NCBI GenBank assembly: GCA_964247135.1
Contig: CAXTTL010000029.1
Location: forward strand, 1 to 31,254
Origin: an uncultured Deinococcales bacterium
Lineage (GTDB): Bacteria; Deinococcota; Deinococci; Deinococcales; JAAFIG01
Reading direction: 5' to 3'
DNA length: 31,254 nucleotides
Below the pieces are notes generated by a model. It had not been told where the DNA came from and did no database searches. It saw nothing but the letters and a program-made list of their open reading frames with translations. Positions 28,446 through 31,254 of this stretch are shown here, piece after piece (the stretch's first letter is position 1; every line of letters starts with the position of its first letter). The translations under genes were made by a program, and so were the position numbers.

Positions 28446-28573
28446 GGTCCACCATTCACTGTACTAGGACCATTTGGTGCAATTGGCGGTGTAATTATGC
28501 CTTTTTGCACGCCAGCCATCACTCCCAAGCCCAGTACCGCAAACACCGCAAGCACTCTTGATAGTTTTTTCAT
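28442..28573 (-). CDS. Unannotated 43-aa secreted peptide precursor MKKLSRVLAVFAVLGLGVMAGVQKGIITPPIAPNGPSTVNGGP
   Basis: SD AAGGAGGTG 6 nt upstream; Sec signal (KK.SR, hydrophobic core, VMA cleavage); stop overlaps the STAND stop in TTAA. Confidence 0.8.
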   Translation of the reverse strand: MKKLSRVLAVFAVLGLGVMAGVQKGIITPPIAPNGPSTVNGGP

Positions 28574-28653
28574 TCAATTCACCTCCTTCAAATTTAAATA
28601 TTAGGGTTCAGGCTTTTGTAGATTTAAACAATCTCAAACAAAGTTGCTCGAGA

Positions 28654-28687
28654 CTTGGAATGAACAGCCTTATTTATTCGTTCCAAG
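28654..28687. promoter_or_regulatory. Inverted repeat between COG4315-like gene and peptide gene (terminator or operator)
   Basis: CTTGGAATGAA/TTCGTTCCAAG, 1 mismatch (G-U). Confidence 0.45.
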
Positions 28688-28751
28688 CAAATTTTAATTC
28701 AAAAAAAAAAATACAATACCCCAAATCATGTACGCATTACTTTAGCAATGA

Positions 28752-29201
28752 TTAAGGTCCACTATTAAGTGAGGTAGGTCCACCAATATCATCTGGGTCA
28801 TCCGCACCAGCAATTGATACCCCTACCCGTAATGGCGCAATATTTGGTGAAACCAGTTGAAACAACTTCGGAACTTCATGGATCGAATCGGCAGTGGCGC
28901 TGGGGTAAAAGTACAACCACCAACCACGGTAACTGATTTGCGTTAAACCCTCGTCGGGTGGACCATCGCGGTCAAAGTCGCTCAGGTCTTCTTGCTTGAC
29001 GCCTGCCCCCGCTTTGGGCGCTCCAATCAACGGACTCCAGGTGGCAATAAACTCGAGCAGGTACGGTGGGAAGTTTCCGCCCCAGGGAATGTACAAATGG
29101 TCGGGGTCGGATTTCATGGGGACAAAACGGTAGATGGTTCTGCCGTCGCCCGTGACCAGGTGCTTGCCGTCCTTGGATACTTGGATGATAACATCTGCCA
29201 T
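28752..29201 (-). CDS. COG4315/Lipoprotein_15-like protein without signal peptide, with C-terminal GPTSLNSGP tail
   Basis: HLVTGDGRTIYRF, WSPL, AGAGV...L..F.R.., QISYRGWWLYFY; AAGGAG SD before ATG 29201. Confidence 0.7.
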   Translation of the reverse strand: MADVIIQVSKDGKHLVTGDGRTIYRFVPMKSDPDHLYIPWGGNFPPYLLEFIATWSPLIGAPKAGAGVKQEDLSDFDRDGPPDEGLTQISYRGWWLYFYPSATADSIHEVPKLFQLVSPNIAPLRVGVSIAGADDPDDIGGPTSLNSGP

Positions 29202-29358
29202 GCGTGCTCCTTTTGAAGCATTGATTTTGTAAAGCAACTCGAGCATAACATGCGTGTTCATTCTTGTTGGTCAAGTCAAAACACTAAAATCTCGAGCTTT
29301 GGTTGGCAATTGGAATCTGGCTCGAGTTTGAAAATGGGGCTTGTCGTATTCTGAATTT

Positions 29359-30333
29359 ATGATCGATTCAAAATCCTCGGGCAAGATCACAGAATCAGAA
29401 CCTCGAGCGAGCGACACCAACGAAGACCTTGGCATTGGGCAGGTGGCGGCAGAAAAAAGCACGGCGCGGTTTGTCAATCAGGATGGGTCGTTTAACACCA
29501 GGCGTTTGGGTTTGGGGTTCCTCTCGAGTCAGAATGCGTTTTACGGGTTGATTACCTTGCAGCCTGCTTTGTTTTTCGTTTTTTTGGCAGCCACATTTTT
29601 TTTGCTCAACCTGTTGTTCGCCAGTTTGTACTGGCTTTGTGGCAACGATGCACTGCAATCTGGTTCCAATGTGGTGCTCGAGAATCGGTTTTGGCGAGGG
29701 TTTTTCTTTAGCGTGCAAACGCTGTCCACGATTGGTTACGGGCATGTCGCGCCTGCCAGTGTCGCGGCGAACATTGTGGCGACCGTCGAGGCTTTTGTGG
29801 GTTTGTTGGCTGTGGCTTTGGCAACGGGCTTGTTGTTTGCCAGGTTTTCCAAACCGATGACCCGAATCTTGTTTTCCAAAAACATGTTGTTCGCACCGTA
29901 TCAAGACGGTACGGCTTGGATGATACGGGTGGTGAATGGTTTACAAAATGAAGTGCTTGACATCGAAGCCCTGGTGACACTTTCCTGGTACGAAAACGTC
30001 AACGGTGCTCGGGTCCGTAAGTTCCGTCAGTTAAAACTCGAGCGCCAGAAGGTCGCGTTTTTCAATTTGTCTTGGACGGTGGTGCATCCCATCACTCAGG
30101 ACAGTCCGTTGTGGGGTGTGACTGAAAACATGTTGCTCGAATCTGATGCCGAGTTCTTGATTGTGCTTCAGGGTGTGGACGATGTTTTGTTTCAGCGCGT
30201 TCATGCCAGGGGTTCGTACAAAGCCACCGAAGCGGTTTGGAACGCCAAATTCGCCGACATTTACGCGCCAGCCAGTTTGGGGTATGTGGCGGTGGATACG
30301 ACCAAGCTCAGCAATTACGAAAAACTGGGTTGA
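29359..30333 (+). CDS. Inward-rectifier (KirBac-like) potassium channel, leaderless
   Basis: R.VNQDGSFN, FFFSVQTLSTIGYG filter, GLLFARFS, SWTVVHPI..DSPL; TATTCT-N6-ATG. Confidence 0.9.
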   Translation: MIDSKSSGKITESEPRASDTNEDLGIGQVAAEKSTARFVNQDGSFNTRRLGLGFLSSQNAFYGLITLQPALFFVFLAATFFLLNLLFASLYWLCGNDALQSGSNVVLENRFWRGFFFSVQTLSTIGYGHVAPASVAANIVATVEAFVGLLAVALATGLLFARFSKPMTRILFSKNMLFAPYQDGTAWMIRVVNGLQNEVLDIEALVTLSWYENVNGARVRKFRQLKLERQKVAFFNLSWTVVHPITQDSPLWGVTENMLLESDAEFLIVLQGVDDVLFQRVHARGSYKATEAVWNAKFADIYAPASLGYVAVDTTKLSNYEKLG

Positions 30334-31201
30334 TCTTCTTTTGCAAAACTGCGAATCGGTTGTTGAAATGATTTCAGTCTCTCGGGTAAAGAGAACTTTA
30401 AAACCAGATTTTAGTCTTAAGGTTTTCTTTAACTTTTATCCCTCTCGAGGTAGTTCAATTCTCGAAGCATGTTGTGAGGGGTTAAGAAAAGCTTTTTCTG
30501 GAGACTCAAGAAGTCTGTGTCTCACCGTATTTTTTGAATTCTTGGTTTTCTCGAGGCAAAATCAGAAATTTCTCAAATCACCACCAATCGCTCGAGTCTC
30601 AAATCGAAAGCCCAAAATAGGGTTGCTCGAGTTCAAAAACAGGTTTTCGTTTTCAAGACCGCTCGAGAAGTCAATTGAATTCAAGTTGTGGTTCACAACT
30701 GAATTGAGCATCGTCGAGTGTTTAAAAACGGCTTGGCTCGAGGTAAGCAAGTTTTGACGTTTAATTTTAAACCTGGCTTAAATCCCGATACTTCACTTAT
30801 CGAAGCATTCTTTCAACCTCGAGAATGAGTGATTGCAAAGGGTTTTTCTGGTATTTTTAGATTTTGGAATTTCTTTGGCAATCGGCTTTTAACCTGTGAA
30901 CACCGTGGTCATTCTCTCGAGCAGGTCTTTTAGCGTATCACAACTGCGGATGTTTTTCAGCATCAAATACTGCCTTGGGCTGGGGATAAACAGCTTTTTT
31001 GACGTTTACAAAAACCTCAATTTTACCGATAAGAAAGGCGTTTATTGATGTTTTTTCTATTTGCATTCTTGACCTCGAGCACCCTCAGAGCTGTCCTCGT
31101 GGGGTTGTTCATGTAAAAGCCCGCGTTGGGAAATTTGCACTTTTTTGTGAAATTTGTGCTAACGTGTTTTACGGAATAAAAATTCCAAAAGGAGAACTAT
31201 C

Positions 31202-31254
31202 ATGGCAGAGAAAAAAGTTGCAGCAAAACCAGCCGCCAAGAAACCAGCCGCCAA
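31202..31254 (+). CDS. Partial (5' end) Ala/Lys/Pro-rich protein MAEKKVAAKPAAKKPAA..., likely HU-type histone-like protein
   Basis: AAGGAGA SD; PAAKK repeats as in the Deinococcus HU N-terminal extension; truncated by window end. Confidence 0.5.
   Translation, partial: MAEKKVAAKPAAKKPAA

Noticed and set aside
28442-28573. Peptide as a RiPP precursor
   Set aside because: It has a Sec-type signal rather than a RiPP leader and no modifying enzyme is adjacent; the ATP-grasp operon is ~8 kb away and self-contained
28558-28755. Plus-strand 65-aa ORF in the ORF track
   Set aside because: No SD, low complexity, and antisense to the peptide gene's SD and promoter region
30161-30757. 198-aa ORF overlapping the channel gene end
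   Set aside because: Starts out of frame inside the Kir gene, has no motif, and composition looks non-coding
31160-31176. Second RDRM-like 17-mer TAACGTGTTTTACGGAA upstream of the HU-like gene
   Set aside because: About three mismatches to the consensus; more simply explained as the -10 region
30334-31201. Replication origin
   Set aside because: Only one near DnaA box (TGGGGATAA, 30981-30989) seen and no dnaA/dnaN nearby
1-31254. CRISPR array, IS element or prophage
   Set aside because: No regularly spaced repeats, transposase, integrase or phage genes; the repetitive look comes from dispersed CTCGAG

Overview
Chromosomal window from a Deinococcota (Deinococcales-like) bacterium. The assignment is inferred from gene content, many leaderless TANNNT-N6-start genes and extreme CTCGAG over-representation. 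Core genes: AAA+/vWA pair, Fur-aat-PSP1 operon, nadD-yqeK-LCP, CP-ATP-grasp/alpha-E/transglutaminase operon, ABC transporter with a DesK/DesR-like pair, HAD hydrolase, KirBac-type channel and the start of an AKP-rich (HU-like) protein. Accessory blocks: two toxin-antitoxin cassettes and a Tet(L)-like MFS/VOC/DinB/DHFR-like/TetR block. Best candidate for a new system (25575-29201): a SARP/BTAD-NB-ARC-TPR (STAND) regulator converges on an unannotated 43-aa secreted peptide gene ending GPSTVNGGP*. An adjacent signal-peptide-less COG4315-like protein ends in the same motif (GPTSLNSGP*). The TPR end and the peptide gene share one low-GC block. This suggests a peptide-signal/NLR-like receptor system with a built-in peptide mimic. 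Other highlights: a tRNA-Ile with the rare UAU anticodon, a TA cassette flanked by a duplicated Uma2 3' end, a possible DdrO (RDRM) box on the MFS promoter, and two regulators whose apparent start codons are ATT and ATA.
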